Assembly: GCA_963817955.1 (NCBI GenBank)
Contig: CAWFQK010000001.1
Span: 128,001-192,000, forward strand
Source: an uncultured Gemmatimonadaceae bacterium
GTDB taxonomy: Bacteria > Gemmatimonadota > Gemmatimonadetes > Gemmatimonadales > Gemmatimonadaceae
Reading direction: 5' to 3'
Length of the DNA stretch: 64,000 nucleotides
Positions 30,844 through 41,139 of the stretch are shown one piece after another; the stretch's first letter is position 1; each line of letters starts with the position of its first letter. A program made the translations under genes and the position numbers. The notes beneath the pieces were generated by a model. The model was not told the DNA's origin. It was given only the letters and a program-made list of their open reading frames with translations, and made no database searches.

Positions 30844-32624
30844 CGCCGCCCGATCGGGCGGCGTACGCGTACATCGGTGCGTTCGTGGACGAGCTGGCGC
30901 GAGCCGGCGTGCGGCACGTGTGCATCGCTCCTGGCTCGCGCTCGACACCACTGGCGCTGACGATCGCCGCTCATCCCGCGCTTCGCAGCTGGGTGCACCT
31001 CGACGAACGGTCCGCCGGATTCTTTGCTCTCGGAATGGCACGTGCGACCGGCAATCCGGTCGCGTTGCTCTGCACGTCGGGCACGGCCGCCGCGAACTTC
31101 TTTCCCGCCGTGGTCGAAGCGCGCAACGCCTGCGTGCCACTTCTGGTGCTCACCGCCGATCGGCCGCCGGAAATGCGCGACGTGGGCGCCGCGCAGACGA
31201 TCGATCAGAATCGGCTGTACGGCGAGCACGCCAAATGGTTCGTGAACGTCGCGCTGCCAGACACGACACCCGAGCTGCTGCGCTACGCGCGCACCCTCGC
31301 TGGCCGTGCCGCGGCAATGGCCACCGCGGCGCCCGCCGGACCAGTGCATCTCAACTTTCCGCTCCGCGAACCGCTCGTACCTACGGCCGTCGAGCCACCC
31401 ACCGACATCTCCGTTGGCGATCTGCTCGCCTGGCGCGGCCGCCCAGATCGCGAACCGTGGGTTGCGGTTGCTGACGCACTGCCCGATCTCGACGACGCCA
31501 CCACGCGTGAGATAGCCAAACGACTGAACGCGGCGCAACGCCCGTTGATCGTCTGTGGACCGCAGGCCGACCCGCAGCTCGGTGCACCGCTAGCCACACT
31601 CGCCTGCGCCCTCGGCGCGCCGCTGCTCGTCGATCCACTATCGCAGGTACGTTGGGGCAGCCACGACCACGCAGCGATCGTCGACCGATACGATGCGGCG
31701 CTCCGCGACGAGCGCACCGCGGCCAGGCTCGCGCCCGACGTCATCGTACGCATCGGCGGCCCACCCACGTCAAAGGCGCTGCTCCAGTTTCTCCAGCGCC
31801 ACGCGACGGCGCGGCACGTCATCGTTGACGCCACGCGCTGGCCGGATCCCACGCTGCTTGCCGCCGACGTCATTCATGTGGAGCCACGGCTGTTCTGCCG
31901 ACGGCTGCTCGATCATGGACTCGCTCATAAGCCATCGAGTGCAGAGTGGCTGGCATGTTGGCGCCGCATGAACGACTGCACGGCACGTGCGCTGGATGCA
32001 TATGTCGCCGGGCTCGATGAAACCTTCGAAGGCGGTGTGCTCGCCACGATCGCCGCCCTGGTACCGGCGAACGGTACGCTCTTCGTGAGCAGCAGCATGC
32101 CGGTGCGCGACCTCGACTCGTTCGGCGCCGGCGACGCGCGTCCGCTGCGCGTTCTGGCCAATCGTGGTGCCAACGGCATCGATGGTGTGGTTTCGACCGC
32201 GCTCGGCGCTGCCGCGGCAGCACGCGAGCAAGACAGTGGCCCGCTCGTGCTGGTGATCGGCGACATCGCGTTCTATCACGACATGAACGGGCTGCTGGCC
32301 GCCAAGCTGTACGCGCTCGACGCGACAATCGTCGTGATCAACAACGACGGCGGCGGCATCTTCTCGTTCCTGCCACAGGCGGCACATCCCGCCCACTTCG
32401 AGGAACTCTTCGGCACACCACACGGGCTGGATTTTGCGCCCGTGGCGCAACTGTACGGCGCCTGTTATTCGCGCGTCGACGATGACGCATCGTTGCGCAC
32501 GGCTGTGACGGCCGGCATTGCCGGAAGAGGATTGCGCATCGTGGAGATGCGCACGAATCGGGAGCGCAACGTGGTGCTGCATCGCGATGCGTGGGCCCGT
32601 GTCGCGGCTGCACTCGCCGGGTGA
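30840..32624 (+). CDS. menD: SEPHCHC synthase (ThDP-dependent)
   Basis: PGSRSTPL, DERSAGFFALG, CTSGTA, NRGANGIDG, GDIAFYHD, NNDGGGIF. Confidence 0.96.
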   Translation: MTPPDRAAYAYIGAFVDELARAGVRHVCIAPGSRSTPLALTIAAHPALRSWVHLDERSAGFFALGMARATGNPVALLCTSGTAAANFFPAVVEARNACVPLLVLTADRPPEMRDVGAAQTIDQNRLYGEHAKWFVNVALPDTTPELLRYARTLAGRAAAMATAAPAGPVHLNFPLREPLVPTAVEPPTDISVGDLLAWRGRPDREPWVAVADALPDLDDATTREIAKRLNAAQRPLIVCGPQADPQLGAPLATLACALGAPLLVDPLSQVRWGSHDHAAIVDRYDAALRDERTAARLAPDVIVRIGGPPTSKALLQFLQRHATARHVIVDATRWPDPTLLAADVIHVEPRLFCRRLLDHGLAHKPSSAEWLACWRRMNDCTARALDAYVAGLDETFEGGVLATIAALVPANGTLFVSSSMPVRDLDSFGAGDARPLRVLANRGANGIDGVVSTALGAAAAAREQDSGPLVLVIGDIAFYHDMNGLLAAKLYALDATIVVINNDGGGIFSFLPQAAHPAHFEELFGTPHGLDFAPVAQLYGACYSRVDDDASLRTAVTAGIAGRGLRIVEMRTNRERNVVLHRDAWARVAAALAG

Positions 32625-33466
32625 CCACGCCACCACACGCGGATCGCCTGATCGACGTCGGAGACGAGCTGCGTCTCCATGTCGTGGTCGCCGGGCAAGG
32701 GCCAGCGGTCGTGCTGTTGCACGGCTTCACCGGATCAGTTCGCACCTGGACACCGCTGTCGTCGCGCCTGGCGAACGCCTGCACGACGATCGCCATCGAT
32801 CTCCCGGGGCACGGAGCGTCCACGGCGCCCGTTGATCCGTCGCGCTATGCACTGACCCGGTTCGCTGATGACGTCTGTCGTGTGCTCGACGTGTTGGACG
32901 TACCGCTGGCGACCATCCTCGGCTATTCCATGGGCGGACGTGCCGCGCTCCAGATTGGTTTGCGGTATCCGGCGCGGGTGAAGGCGCTCGTATTGGAGAG
33001 CACTTCTCCAGGTATGCTCGACGTGGACGAGCGCGCCGCTCGCGTCGGGACGGACAACGAACTGGCGATGGCGATCGAGCGCCATGGCATTCCAGCATTT
33101 GTCGATCGCTGGGAGCGTCTGCCGTTGTGGGAAAGCCAGACGTCGCTCTCTGATGCTGTTCGTGCAGGTCTGCGGGCGCAGCGATTGGAGAACGACGCAC
33201 GCGGACTGGCGAACAGCCTGCGCGGAGCCGGTGCGGGCATCGACACACCAGTGGTCGATCGCCTAGCCGCACTCCGTGTGCCCGTGCTGCTCCTGGCCGG
33301 CGCGCTGGACACGAAATACGTGACGCTCGCGCGACTCATGGAGCGCAGGCTGCCCGAGGCGCGTCTGGCCATCGTCGCGGGCAGTGGGCATGCCGTCCAT
33401 CTCGAACGACCCGAGGAATTCGCTCGCGAAGTGGAGCAGTTCCTCGTCACCGTCCAGACGCGATAA
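32621..33466 (+). CDS. menH: SHCHC synthase (alpha/beta hydrolase)
   Basis: LHGFTG, GYSMGGR, GHAVHLE; located between menD and menB. Confidence 0.92.
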   Translation: MTTPPHADRLIDVGDELRLHVVVAGQGPAVVLLHGFTGSVRTWTPLSSRLANACTTIAIDLPGHGASTAPVDPSRYALTRFADDVCRVLDVLDVPLATILGYSMGGRAALQIGLRYPARVKALVLESTSPGMLDVDERAARVGTDNELAMAIERHGIPAFVDRWERLPLWESQTSLSDAVRAGLRAQRLENDARGLANSLRGAGAGIDTPVVDRLAALRVPVLLLAGALDTKYVTLARLMERRLPEARLAIVAGSGHAVHLERPEEFAREVEQFLVTVQTR

Positions 33467-33503
33467 GTTGCGGCATGACACGAGGAGACCGAGAGGAGAT
33501 TGC

Positions 33504-34325
33504 ATGACCGTTGAGTGGAAGACCATCAAGCAGTACACCGATATTCGCTATGAGCGTACCGATGACGGCGTCGCAAAGATCACGATCAACCGGCCCGAGG
33601 TGCGCAACGCATTCCGGCCGGAAACCGTCGCCGAGTTGATCGACGCATTCAATCACGTGCGCGACGACATGACGACCGGCGTGGTCCTTCTCACCGGCGA
33701 AGGCGACCTCGCGTTCTGTTCCGGCGGCGATCAGCGCGTGCGCGGTCACGGCGGCTACGTCGGCCAGGATCACGTTCCGCGGCTCAATATCCTCGACGTG
33801 CAGAAGCAGATCCGATACCTGCCAAAGCCGGTCATCGCGGTGGTGGCGGGGTATGCCATTGGCGGCGGCCACGTGCTGCATCTCGTCTGCGACCTGACGA
33901 TCGCCGCGGACAACGCGCGCTTTGGCCAGACTGGACCGCGCGTCGGAAGCTTTGATGCAGGGTATGGCGCGAGTTATCTGGCGCGTGTGGTGGGACAGAA
34001 GAAGGCGCGTGAGATCTGGTATCTCTGCCGGCAGTATGGCGCGCAGGAAGCGCTGGACATGGGACTCGTCAACACCGTGGTACCGCTCGCGCAGCTCGAG
34101 GCGGAGTCGCTGCAATGGGCGCGCGAGATTCTCGATAAGAGTCCCACCTCACTGCGCTTTCTCAAGGCGGCGTTCAATGCGGACACGGATGGCCAGGCCG
34201 GCCTGCAGCAGTTCGCCGGCGACGCGACCCTGCTCTACTATCTCACAGAGGAAGCAAAGGAAGGACGAGACGCATTCCTAGAGAAGCGCAAGCCGGATTG
34301 GTCCAAGTTCCCCCGCTTCCCGTGA
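33504..34325 (+). CDS. menB: 1,4-dihydroxy-2-naphthoyl-CoA synthase
   Basis: [38 protein letters not shown]. Confidence 0.97.
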   Translation: MTVEWKTIKQYTDIRYERTDDGVAKITINRPEVRNAFRPETVAELIDAFNHVRDDMTTGVVLLTGEGDLAFCSGGDQRVRGHGGYVGQDHVPRLNILDVQKQIRYLPKPVIAVVAGYAIGGGHVLHLVCDLTIAADNARFGQTGPRVGSFDAGYGASYLARVVGQKKAREIWYLCRQYGAQEALDMGLVNTVVPLAQLEAESLQWAREILDKSPTSLRFLKAAFNADTDGQAGLQQFAGDATLLYYLTEEAKEGRDAFLEKRKPDWSKFPRFP

Positions 34326-35239
34326 GCGCGGTGTCCGCTCCAGCTCCTTCCCCGGTGGGTGCCTGGCTCCTGGCATCGCGGCCAGCCACGTTGCCTGCGG
34401 CCGCGGTTCCCGTGTTCGTCGGGGGCGCGGTGGCCATCGAGGAAGGGGTCACGTTTCGGCCGCTGGTCTTTGCCGCGACACTGGTGTGTGCGCTGCTCAT
34501 TCAGGTCGGCACCAATTTCGCCAACGACTACTCGGATTTTCATCGAGGCGCCGACCACGACGGGCGCCTCGGTCCCGTGCGCGTAACACAGAGCGGATTG
34601 ATCAGCCACGAATCGGTGCGACGTGGGATCGTCGTCGCATTCGGTCTGGCGGGGCTGCTCGGCTTGTATCTCGCCTGGGTAGGCGGCTGGCCAATCGTAG
34701 CCATTGGTGTGTTCTCCATCCTTGCCGGACTGGCGTACACCGGCGGTCCGTGGCCGTTCGGCTACCACGGGCTGGGCGACGTGTTCGTGTTCGTCTTCTT
34801 CGGGGTGGTCGCCGTCACCGGCACGGCGTACCTGCAGACCGGTGCGTGGAGCGCCTTCGCGCTCGCGGTATCGGTGCCCATTGGCCTGCTCGTTACGAAC
34901 ATCCTCGTCATCAACAACCTGCGAGACCTGCCCACGGATCGCGCGGCGAACAAGCGAACGCTCGCCGTGCGCATGGGGGATCGCGCGACACGTGCGCAGT
35001 ACGCGCTGTTCGCCGCGCTCGCCTACGTCGTACCGGCAGCACTCGCGTTCAGCGCACCGTCGCGCCGATGGCTGCTCCTGTCCTGGCTCACCTTGCCTGT
35101 GGCCGTCAACCTGACGCGCCAGGTGCTCGGCGGCCTCGCGGGGCGTGAGCTCAACCCCATGCTCAAGCGCACCGGCCAACTGCTCCTCGCCTTCGGCGTG
35201 CTGCTCTCGATCGGATTACTGCTCGGCGCCCGCCGCTGA
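34322..35239 (+). CDS. menA: DHNA polyprenyltransferase
   Basis: [28 protein letters not shown]. Confidence 0.95.
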   Translation: MSAVSAPAPSPVGAWLLASRPATLPAAAVPVFVGGAVAIEEGVTFRPLVFAATLVCALLIQVGTNFANDYSDFHRGADHDGRLGPVRVTQSGLISHESVRRGIVVAFGLAGLLGLYLAWVGGWPIVAIGVFSILAGLAYTGGPWPFGYHGLGDVFVFVFFGVVAVTGTAYLQTGAWSAFALAVSVPIGLLVTNILVINNLRDLPTDRAANKRTLAVRMGDRATRAQYALFAALAYVVPAALAFSAPSRRWLLLSWLTLPVAVNLTRQVLGGLAGRELNPMLKRTGQLLLAFGVLLSIGLLLGARR

Positions 35240-35255
35240 CGCGTTTGTCCGCACC

Positions 35256-36794
35256 ATGAGCATTCTCGCAACGCCCCTTCCGGACTGGCTCGCCTATCGC
35301 GCCGCGACGATGCCAGATCGCACGGCGCTCGTGTCGGGCGGCCACACCTGGACGTTCAGCCAGCTCGACGCCGACGCCACGCGAACGGCGCGCCAGCTCG
35401 CGACGTTCGGAATCCGTGCGGGTGATCGCGTCGCAACCGTGCTGCACAACGGTGCGGGTCCGGCGCTGCTCGCGCACGCCGCGCTCCGTCTGGGCGTGGT
35501 CCTCGTGCCACTCAACGTGCGGCTCAGCGAGGCCGAACTCGCTTGGCAGCTCGACGATGCAGCGGCCCGTCTGCTCGTGGTGGAGGGACGCACCGCGCTC
35601 GCGATCGACGCGGCGCGCCGCGAACGCAGCAACCTCGGTATCGTCAGCCTGGACGCGAGCGGGGCAGCCATTGTCGGTGGCTCGACGCTCGAGCAGCGCC
35701 AGGAAGCAGACGTCGCCCTGCGACTGGTGCACGACGCCAGCGACGTGCTGGCGCTCATCTACACCTCGGGCACGACCGGACAGCCGAAGGGCGCGATGCT
35801 CACTGTTGGCAACCAGTGGTGGAGTGCGATCGGCTCGGCGCTCAACCTTGGTACGCACAACGACGATCGCTGGCTCGCCTGTCTCCCGCTCTTCCATGTG
35901 GGCGGCTTGTCGATCGTTTTCCGCACCGCGATCTACGGGACGACGGCCGTTGTCCACGACGGCTTCGACGCCGACGCCGTCAACCATGCGATCGAGCACG
36001 AGCAAGTGACGATGATCTCCGTGGTGGCCGTGATGCTGCAGCGCATGCTCGACGCCCGCGGCGATCGGCCATATCCAGCATCTCTGCGTTGCGTGCTTCT
36101 CGGTGGCGGGCCGGCGCCACGCGCGCTGCTCGAGCGCTGTGCCGCGCTGCACGTTCCGGTCGTGCAGACGTATGGGCTTACCGAGACGTCGTCGCAGGTA
36201 GTCACGCTCCCCCCAGAGGACGCACTGCGCAAGCTCGGCTCGGCGGGGCGGCCGTTGTATCCCAACGAGCTCCGCATTCTGCGCGACGACCACAGCGTGG
36301 CGGACCCCCGCGAAACGGGCGAGATCGTCGTTCGCGGGCCGGTCGTCATGGCGGGCTATGCCAGCCGGGCCGACGCCACGGCGCTCGCACTTGTGGACGG
36401 CTGGTTACACACGGGCGACGTGGGCAGCGTGGATGAAGAGGGGTTCCTGTACGTGCACGATCGCCGAGACGATCTGATCGTGACCGGCGGGGAGAACGTC
36501 TATCCCGCCGAAATCGAAGCCGCGTTGCTCGCTCACCCACTGGTCGCCGAGACCGGGGTGATCGGCGTTCCAGACGCGACGTGGGGACAGCGCGTTGTTG
36601 CGGTCGTGCGGCTCAGGGCACCGTCCACTGCAGACGACTCGGCGGTACGGGAGCTGCTTTCGGCGCACTGCCGAACACGGCTCGGCGGATACAAAGTACC
36701 GAGCGAGATTCGCCTAGTCACGGAGCCGCTTCCGCGCACCGCATCAGGCAAGCTGCGGCGCACCGCCTTGCGCGACGCCGCGGCAGATCACTAG
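35256..36794 (+). CDS. menE: o-succinylbenzoate-CoA ligase
   Basis: YTSGTTGQPKG, LFHVGG, TYGLTET, TGGENVYP, RTASGKL. Confidence 0.93.
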   Translation: MSILATPLPDWLAYRAATMPDRTALVSGGHTWTFSQLDADATRTARQLATFGIRAGDRVATVLHNGAGPALLAHAALRLGVVLVPLNVRLSEAELAWQLDDAAARLLVVEGRTALAIDAARRERSNLGIVSLDASGAAIVGGSTLEQRQEADVALRLVHDASDVLALIYTSGTTGQPKGAMLTVGNQWWSAIGSALNLGTHNDDRWLACLPLFHVGGLSIVFRTAIYGTTAVVHDGFDADAVNHAIEHEQVTMISVVAVMLQRMLDARGDRPYPASLRCVLLGGGPAPRALLERCAALHVPVVQTYGLTETSSQVVTLPPEDALRKLGSAGRPLYPNELRILRDDHSVADPRETGEIVVRGPVVMAGYASRADATALALVDGWLHTGDVGSVDEEGFLYVHDRRDDLIVTGGENVYPAEIEAALLAHPLVAETGVIGVPDATWGQRVVAVVRLRAPSTADDSAVRELLSAHCRTRLGGYKVPSEIRLVTEPLPRTASGKLRRTALRDAAADH

Positions 36795-36818
36795 CACCCA
36801 CCATCACACGAAATCATC

Positions 36819-37661
36819 ATGGCACACATTGCGTTTCTCGGAACGGGCCTGCTCGGTAGCGCCTTCGTGGAGGCCGCGGCCAAGCGCGGCGAGCAGATCA
36901 CGGTATGGAACCGCACGGAATCCAAGGCGCAGGCGTTGGAGGCGTTCGGCGTGACCGTGGCACCGACGCCGGCCGACGCCGTGCGTGGCGCCGCACGTGT
37001 GCATCTCGTGCTCAAGGATGACGCGGTAGTCGAGAACGTCATTGCGGCGCTGCGGCCCGGCCTCGAGCGCGACGCCATCATTGTCGATCACAGCACCACG
37101 CAACCGGCGCTCACGGCGGTGCGCGCCAGGCGGTTGAATGGCGAAGGCGTTCGGTACCTGCACTGCCCAGTATTCATTGGGCCTGCCGCAGCACGCGCGG
37201 GACAGGGCACGATCTTGTGCTCCGGTCCGCAGGTGCTGTTCGACGCGGTGAAGGACGACGTCTCCAAGATGGCGCAACGGCTCGAGTATTTCGGCGAGCG
37301 GCCCGATCTCGCCGCCGTATACAAGCTGTGTGGCAATGCCTTCATCATCGGCATCACCGCGCTCGTCGCCGATGTCTTCGCGGTGGCGCGCGGCGCCGAC
37401 GTTGCGCCGACCGACGCACTCAACATCATCGATTTCTTCAATCCATCCGGAGTCATCGCCGGACGCGGCAAGGCGATGGCGAAAGGCGACTACGCGCCCG
37501 GCTTCGAGCTCTCGATGGCGCGGAAGGACGTGCGGCTCATGCTCGAAACGGCCGGGCCCGACCAGGCAGTGGCCCTGCCGGCCATCGCAGCCCGTATGGA
37601 CACACTCATTGCCGGCGGCTACGGAAGCGCCGACCTCGCGGTGTTGGGCAAGACGACGTGA
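36819..37661 (+). CDS. NAD(P)-dependent oxidoreductase, 3-hydroxyisobutyrate dehydrogenase family
   Basis: FLGTGLLG, VWNRT, DHSTT, YKLCGN, RKDVRL. Confidence 0.9.
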   Translation: MAHIAFLGTGLLGSAFVEAAAKRGEQITVWNRTESKAQALEAFGVTVAPTPADAVRGAARVHLVLKDDAVVENVIAALRPGLERDAIIVDHSTTQPALTAVRARRLNGEGVRYLHCPVFIGPAAARAGQGTILCSGPQVLFDAVKDDVSKMAQRLEYFGERPDLAAVYKLCGNAFIIGITALVADVFAVARGADVAPTDALNIIDFFNPSGVIAGRGKAMAKGDYAPGFELSMARKDVRLMLETAGPDQAVALPAIAARMDTLIAGGYGSADLAVLGKTT

Positions 37662-37677
37662 CGGACGGACGGCGCAC

Positions 37678-38193
37678 GTGAGGATTGTCGGAGGCAAGTT
37701 CGCCGGACGCGACCTCACGTCGCCAAACGATTTTCGCGTCCGACCCACCGCGGAGCACGTGCGCGCGGCCATGCTCGATATGCTCGCCGCCGACGTGAAG
37801 GACGCACGCGTGCTCGACCTGTTCGCTGGGACGGGCGCACTCGGACTGGAGGCGATCTCGCGCGGCGCCAAGAGCGCCGATTTCGTGGAGTTCCGTCCGG
37901 CAAGCCTGCACGCGCTCAAGGCGAACATCGCCGTGCTCAGGCTGCTCGATCGCACGCGCGTATTCAAACGCGATGCCCTGCCATTTGCCGGTGCACTCCG
38001 ACCCGGAAGCTACGACATAGCGTTCGCCGATCCGCCATACGATTCGCGGATGCTCGACCGGGTGATCGACACCTGGCGCGAGACCAGCTTCGCGCGCGTA
38101 CTCGTCGCTGAGCACGCCCGGACCCACGAGCTGCCGAAGGGCGCGGAGCGCCTCACCATCGACGATACGGTCGTTACGATCTATCGGGCGTAG
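37678..38193 (+). CDS. rsmD: 16S rRNA m2G966 methyltransferase
   Basis: RIVGGK, VRPT, LDLFAGTGALGLEAISRGA, ADPPY. Confidence 0.93.
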   Translation: MRIVGGKFAGRDLTSPNDFRVRPTAEHVRAAMLDMLAADVKDARVLDLFAGTGALGLEAISRGAKSADFVEFRPASLHALKANIAVLRLLDRTRVFKRDALPFAGALRPGSYDIAFADPPYDSRMLDRVIDTWRETSFARVLVAEHARTHELPKGAERLTIDDTVVTIYRA

Positions 38194-38230
38194 CAGACAC
38201 CTATCGGGCGTCGCCAGACACTTGCGTGAA

Positions 38231-38270
38231 TTATACCCGGGTGATATCTACCTGATATTACCCGGGCACA
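38231..38270. promoter_or_regulatory. Two TACCCGGG palindromic boxes upstream of the DUF2239 gene
   Basis: TTATACCCGGGTGATA...ATTACCCGGGCACA in an AT-rich spacer. Confidence 0.55.
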
Positions 38271-38291
38271 ATCAACACACAGGTATCTAAC

Positions 38292-38870
38292 ATGGAAGAC
38301 GTCACCACTTTCACCGTGTTCGCCGGCCACCGGCAGATCGCCTTCGGCTCGTGGGCGAGCGTCCTCGAGCAGACGAAACGGCACCTCGACGCCGGCGGCG
38401 AGCAGGTACTGATGTTCGAGGACCAGACCGGCCGTCAGATCGACGCCGACTTCAGGGGAACGCTCGACGAGGTGCTCGACCGTGCCGGGGCCCGGACCGC
38501 CAAGCCTGGCCCTGGTCGGCCAAAGCTCGGCGTCATCAGCCGCGAAGTGTCGCTGTTGCCTCGGCACTGGGACTGGCTTGCCGAGCAGCCGAATGGCACG
38601 TCGGCCACCCTGCGCCGTCTCGTCGAGCAGGCACGGAAGAACGAGCCGAAGGCGCGGCGGGTGCGCGACGCGACGTACAAGTTCATCTGGTCGATGGCCG
38701 GCAACTTCGAGAACGCCGAAGAAGCCATGCGCGCACTCTACGCCAGAGAGGATGTGCGGCTCGAGCAGCTCATGGAATCGTGGCCGAGCGACATCCGCGA
38801 ACACGTGCTGCGACTATTGGCCGAGGCGTGGCGGATGGAGACAGAAGAAGCGGCCGCTGGTACCATATGA
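38292..38870 (+). CDS. DUF2239 family protein
   Basis: FEDQTGRQID, GRPKLGVISREVSLLPRHWDWL, AGNFENAEEAMRALY. Confidence 0.92.
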   Translation: MEDVTTFTVFAGHRQIAFGSWASVLEQTKRHLDAGGEQVLMFEDQTGRQIDADFRGTLDEVLDRAGARTAKPGPGRPKLGVISREVSLLPRHWDWLAEQPNGTSATLRRLVEQARKNEPKARRVRDATYKFIWSMAGNFENAEEAMRALYAREDVRLEQLMESWPSDIREHVLRLLAEAWRMETEEAAAGTI

Positions 38871-39027
38871 CCGAGCTCGATCACTGGGGTTCAGGGCCCA
38901 GCCCGTTGTATACAGAATGTAATCGAACCTTTATGAAATCCTAACCTAGACCCCGACGCGTCGTGTGGCACGGCGGCGTGTCGGATGCTTTTCGCGACGA
39001 CGAACCTGTCCTGTTGGGATTGTCGTC

Positions 39028-39810
39028 ATGATACACATCTTCGGCCCACGCGTGCCGCGCACACGCCGCTTCGGCGGCACAGCGGTCAGTACGTTCGTAC
39101 ACGTCGGACTCATCGCCTCGGCGGTCATGGCCACACAAAGCACCGGCCCGCTGTCACGCGCGGCGGTTGGCATCACCAAGGAACATCTCATCGTCGTCAC
39201 ACCGGCGCTGTTCATGAGCGCGCCACGCCGCGAACGCGCACCCGCTCCCACGCCGTCCCGCGCGCACGCGGCGATGCCGGCAGCGCGGGGGCCGGTTGCG
39301 AACCCGTTGAAGTTCGCGCTTCCCGACGCGACCGCCATGGCGGCTCTCGGCAGTATGACCTTCGACGTGCCGAAGGTCGATCTCGACGCCGGTGTCGACA
39401 CGCTCACCCGTGCATGGCTCGACGCGCCGGCCGACGTCGTAGCGGGCATCAGGAGCACGCTACCCACCGATCTGATCGGCAACCGCGCGCAGCCGCGTGC
39501 CGCCGGCGCGTACTCCGTGGACATGGTGGAGAGCGCCGTCGCGCCACTCCCCGACAACCCGAAGCCAGACTACCCGCCGTCACTCCTCTCGGCGGGAATC
39601 GAGCAGGAGTTCCGCGTCGAGTTCGTGGTGGACAGTACGGGCCGCGTGGACGAGCACACGGTGACGATTCCGAGCAGCGTCCACTATTTGTTCGCCGAGG
39701 CCGTGCGCGTGGCGCTGCACGCGTCGCGCTATCTGCCGGCGCGCCTCGCCGGAGAACACGTGTCACAACTCGTATCACAGGAATTCAAATTCCACATTGC
39801 GAACCGCTGA
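39028..39810 (+). CDS. TonB-like energy transducer
   Basis: N-terminal SxxxH TM, Pro/Ala linker, PDYP...EFVVDSTGRV...YLPA...VSQEFKF. Confidence 0.82.
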   Translation: MIHIFGPRVPRTRRFGGTAVSTFVHVGLIASAVMATQSTGPLSRAAVGITKEHLIVVTPALFMSAPRRERAPAPTPSRAHAAMPAARGPVANPLKFALPDATAMAALGSMTFDVPKVDLDAGVDTLTRAWLDAPADVVAGIRSTLPTDLIGNRAQPRAAGAYSVDMVESAVAPLPDNPKPDYPPSLLSAGIEQEFRVEFVVDSTGRVDEHTVTIPSSVHYLFAEAVRVALHASRYLPARLAGEHVSQLVSQEFKFHIANR

Positions 39811-40095
39811 TCAGCGCGGTGCGCGAGGAATGGGCGTCTCGCGCATCGCGGCCTGATAGGCGAAGGTGGCGAACGCAATGGCCGCTTCCTTCACGTCCTC
39901 CGGCCGCATGCGTTCCATGGTGTCCATGTTCGTGTGGTGGACCGCTTCGGTCGGCGGACCGGTGCGCACGGGACGGGCGCCGACCTGAGGGGCAGGCGTG
40001 TACGGCGTCGCCGGCGCACCGGGCGACGTGGGGTTGATCCGATCCTCGGCGACAGTGGGAGCGAAGGCGGCGAGCAAAGCAAAGCGACGCAACAT
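39811..40095 (-). pseudogene. Remnant of an M28-family peptidase (signal-like start plus extreme C-terminus)
   Basis: MLRRFALLAAFAP... joined within ~50 aa to HHTNMDTMERMRPEDVKEAAIAFATFAYQAAMRE. Confidence 0.65.
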
Positions 40096-40199
40096 ACTTG
40101 GTGAATGCACTGGGTGAACGTGGACGCGTTCGAGGCGGACTAGCTTCAGCGTGCGCTGCACGTTACTTGTGCATCAGCCCACCCGTCTACCCGGCTGTC

Positions 40200-41093
40200 A
40201 TGTCGTACGCCGATTTCGTCGCCTTCCGGCGCTCCCTGCCCCGCACACCCCGTCTTGAGCGCCAGACCGTGAGGGCGCGTGGAATCTCGTTCGCGGTGTT
40301 CAGCAGCCCGCCAGTCGGCTCTGCGCCGCCACTGGTCTGCATCAACGGCGGAATGCTCTACGATCACTCCATGCTCTGGCCCGCGCTCTCGCCGCTGGCC
40401 GCGACGCGCCAGGTGATTCTGTACGATCAGCGTGGGCGTGGCGAATCGACGACCCCTTCGCAGTCTGCCGAGGCGACAATCGACGACGATGCGGCCGACG
40501 TGGGCGCATTGCGCCGCGCGCTCGGCATTCGTCGTTGGGACGTGATCGGCCACTCCTGGGGCGGCGGGATTGCCATGCTCGCCACGGCGGCCGACAGCGC
40601 CGGGGTTCGGCGCCTTGCACTCGTCGATCCTGTCTGGCCAACGAGCGGCTGGATGGCGCCCCTCCGGCAGAACATTCTCGCTCGCCTCGCGGGCGAGCAG
40701 TTCGAAGCCGTCGCTCACATCACTGAGGACGCGCTCGGCACGGCTGATCCCACGCTCCACAGCGCCTATAGCCGGGCCGTCTACCCGGCCTGGTTCGTGG
40801 ACACCGAGCTCGCGGCGCGATTCGCTCCGCCCCACGCTCTGAGTGAGACCGGCACCGCTATCCTCGCGCGATTAAGACGCGAAGGATACGATTGGCGCGA
40901 CCGCCTCCGTGGCGTACAGACTCCCGCCCTGGTCGTGCACGGAGAGCAGGACCCTTTACCTCTAGCGATTTCATCCGATAATCCGTATATGGTTTTGAAC
41001 GCCCGCGTTGTCGTGGTTCCCTCCTCCGGGCACATGCCGTTCTGGGAAGCACCTGGGCATTTCTTCTCCCTGATCGACTCCTTCCTGCAGTAA
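40200..41093 (+). CDS. Alpha/beta hydrolase (proline iminopeptidase-like)
   Basis: YDQRGRGES, GHSWGG, HGEQD, SGHMPFWE. Confidence 0.9.
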   Translation: MSYADFVAFRRSLPRTPRLERQTVRARGISFAVFSSPPVGSAPPLVCINGGMLYDHSMLWPALSPLAATRQVILYDQRGRGESTTPSQSAEATIDDDAADVGALRRALGIRRWDVIGHSWGGGIAMLATAADSAGVRRLALVDPVWPTSGWMAPLRQNILARLAGEQFEAVAHITEDALGTADPTLHSAYSRAVYPAWFVDTELAARFAPPHALSETGTAILARLRREGYDWRDRLRGVQTPALVVHGEQDPLPLAISSDNPYMVLNARVVVVPSSGHMPFWEAPGHFFSLIDSFLQ

Positions 41094-41139
41094 CCCCTCC
41101 TGAACGCGACTGCCCGATATCGGGCAGGATCCTCTCGGT

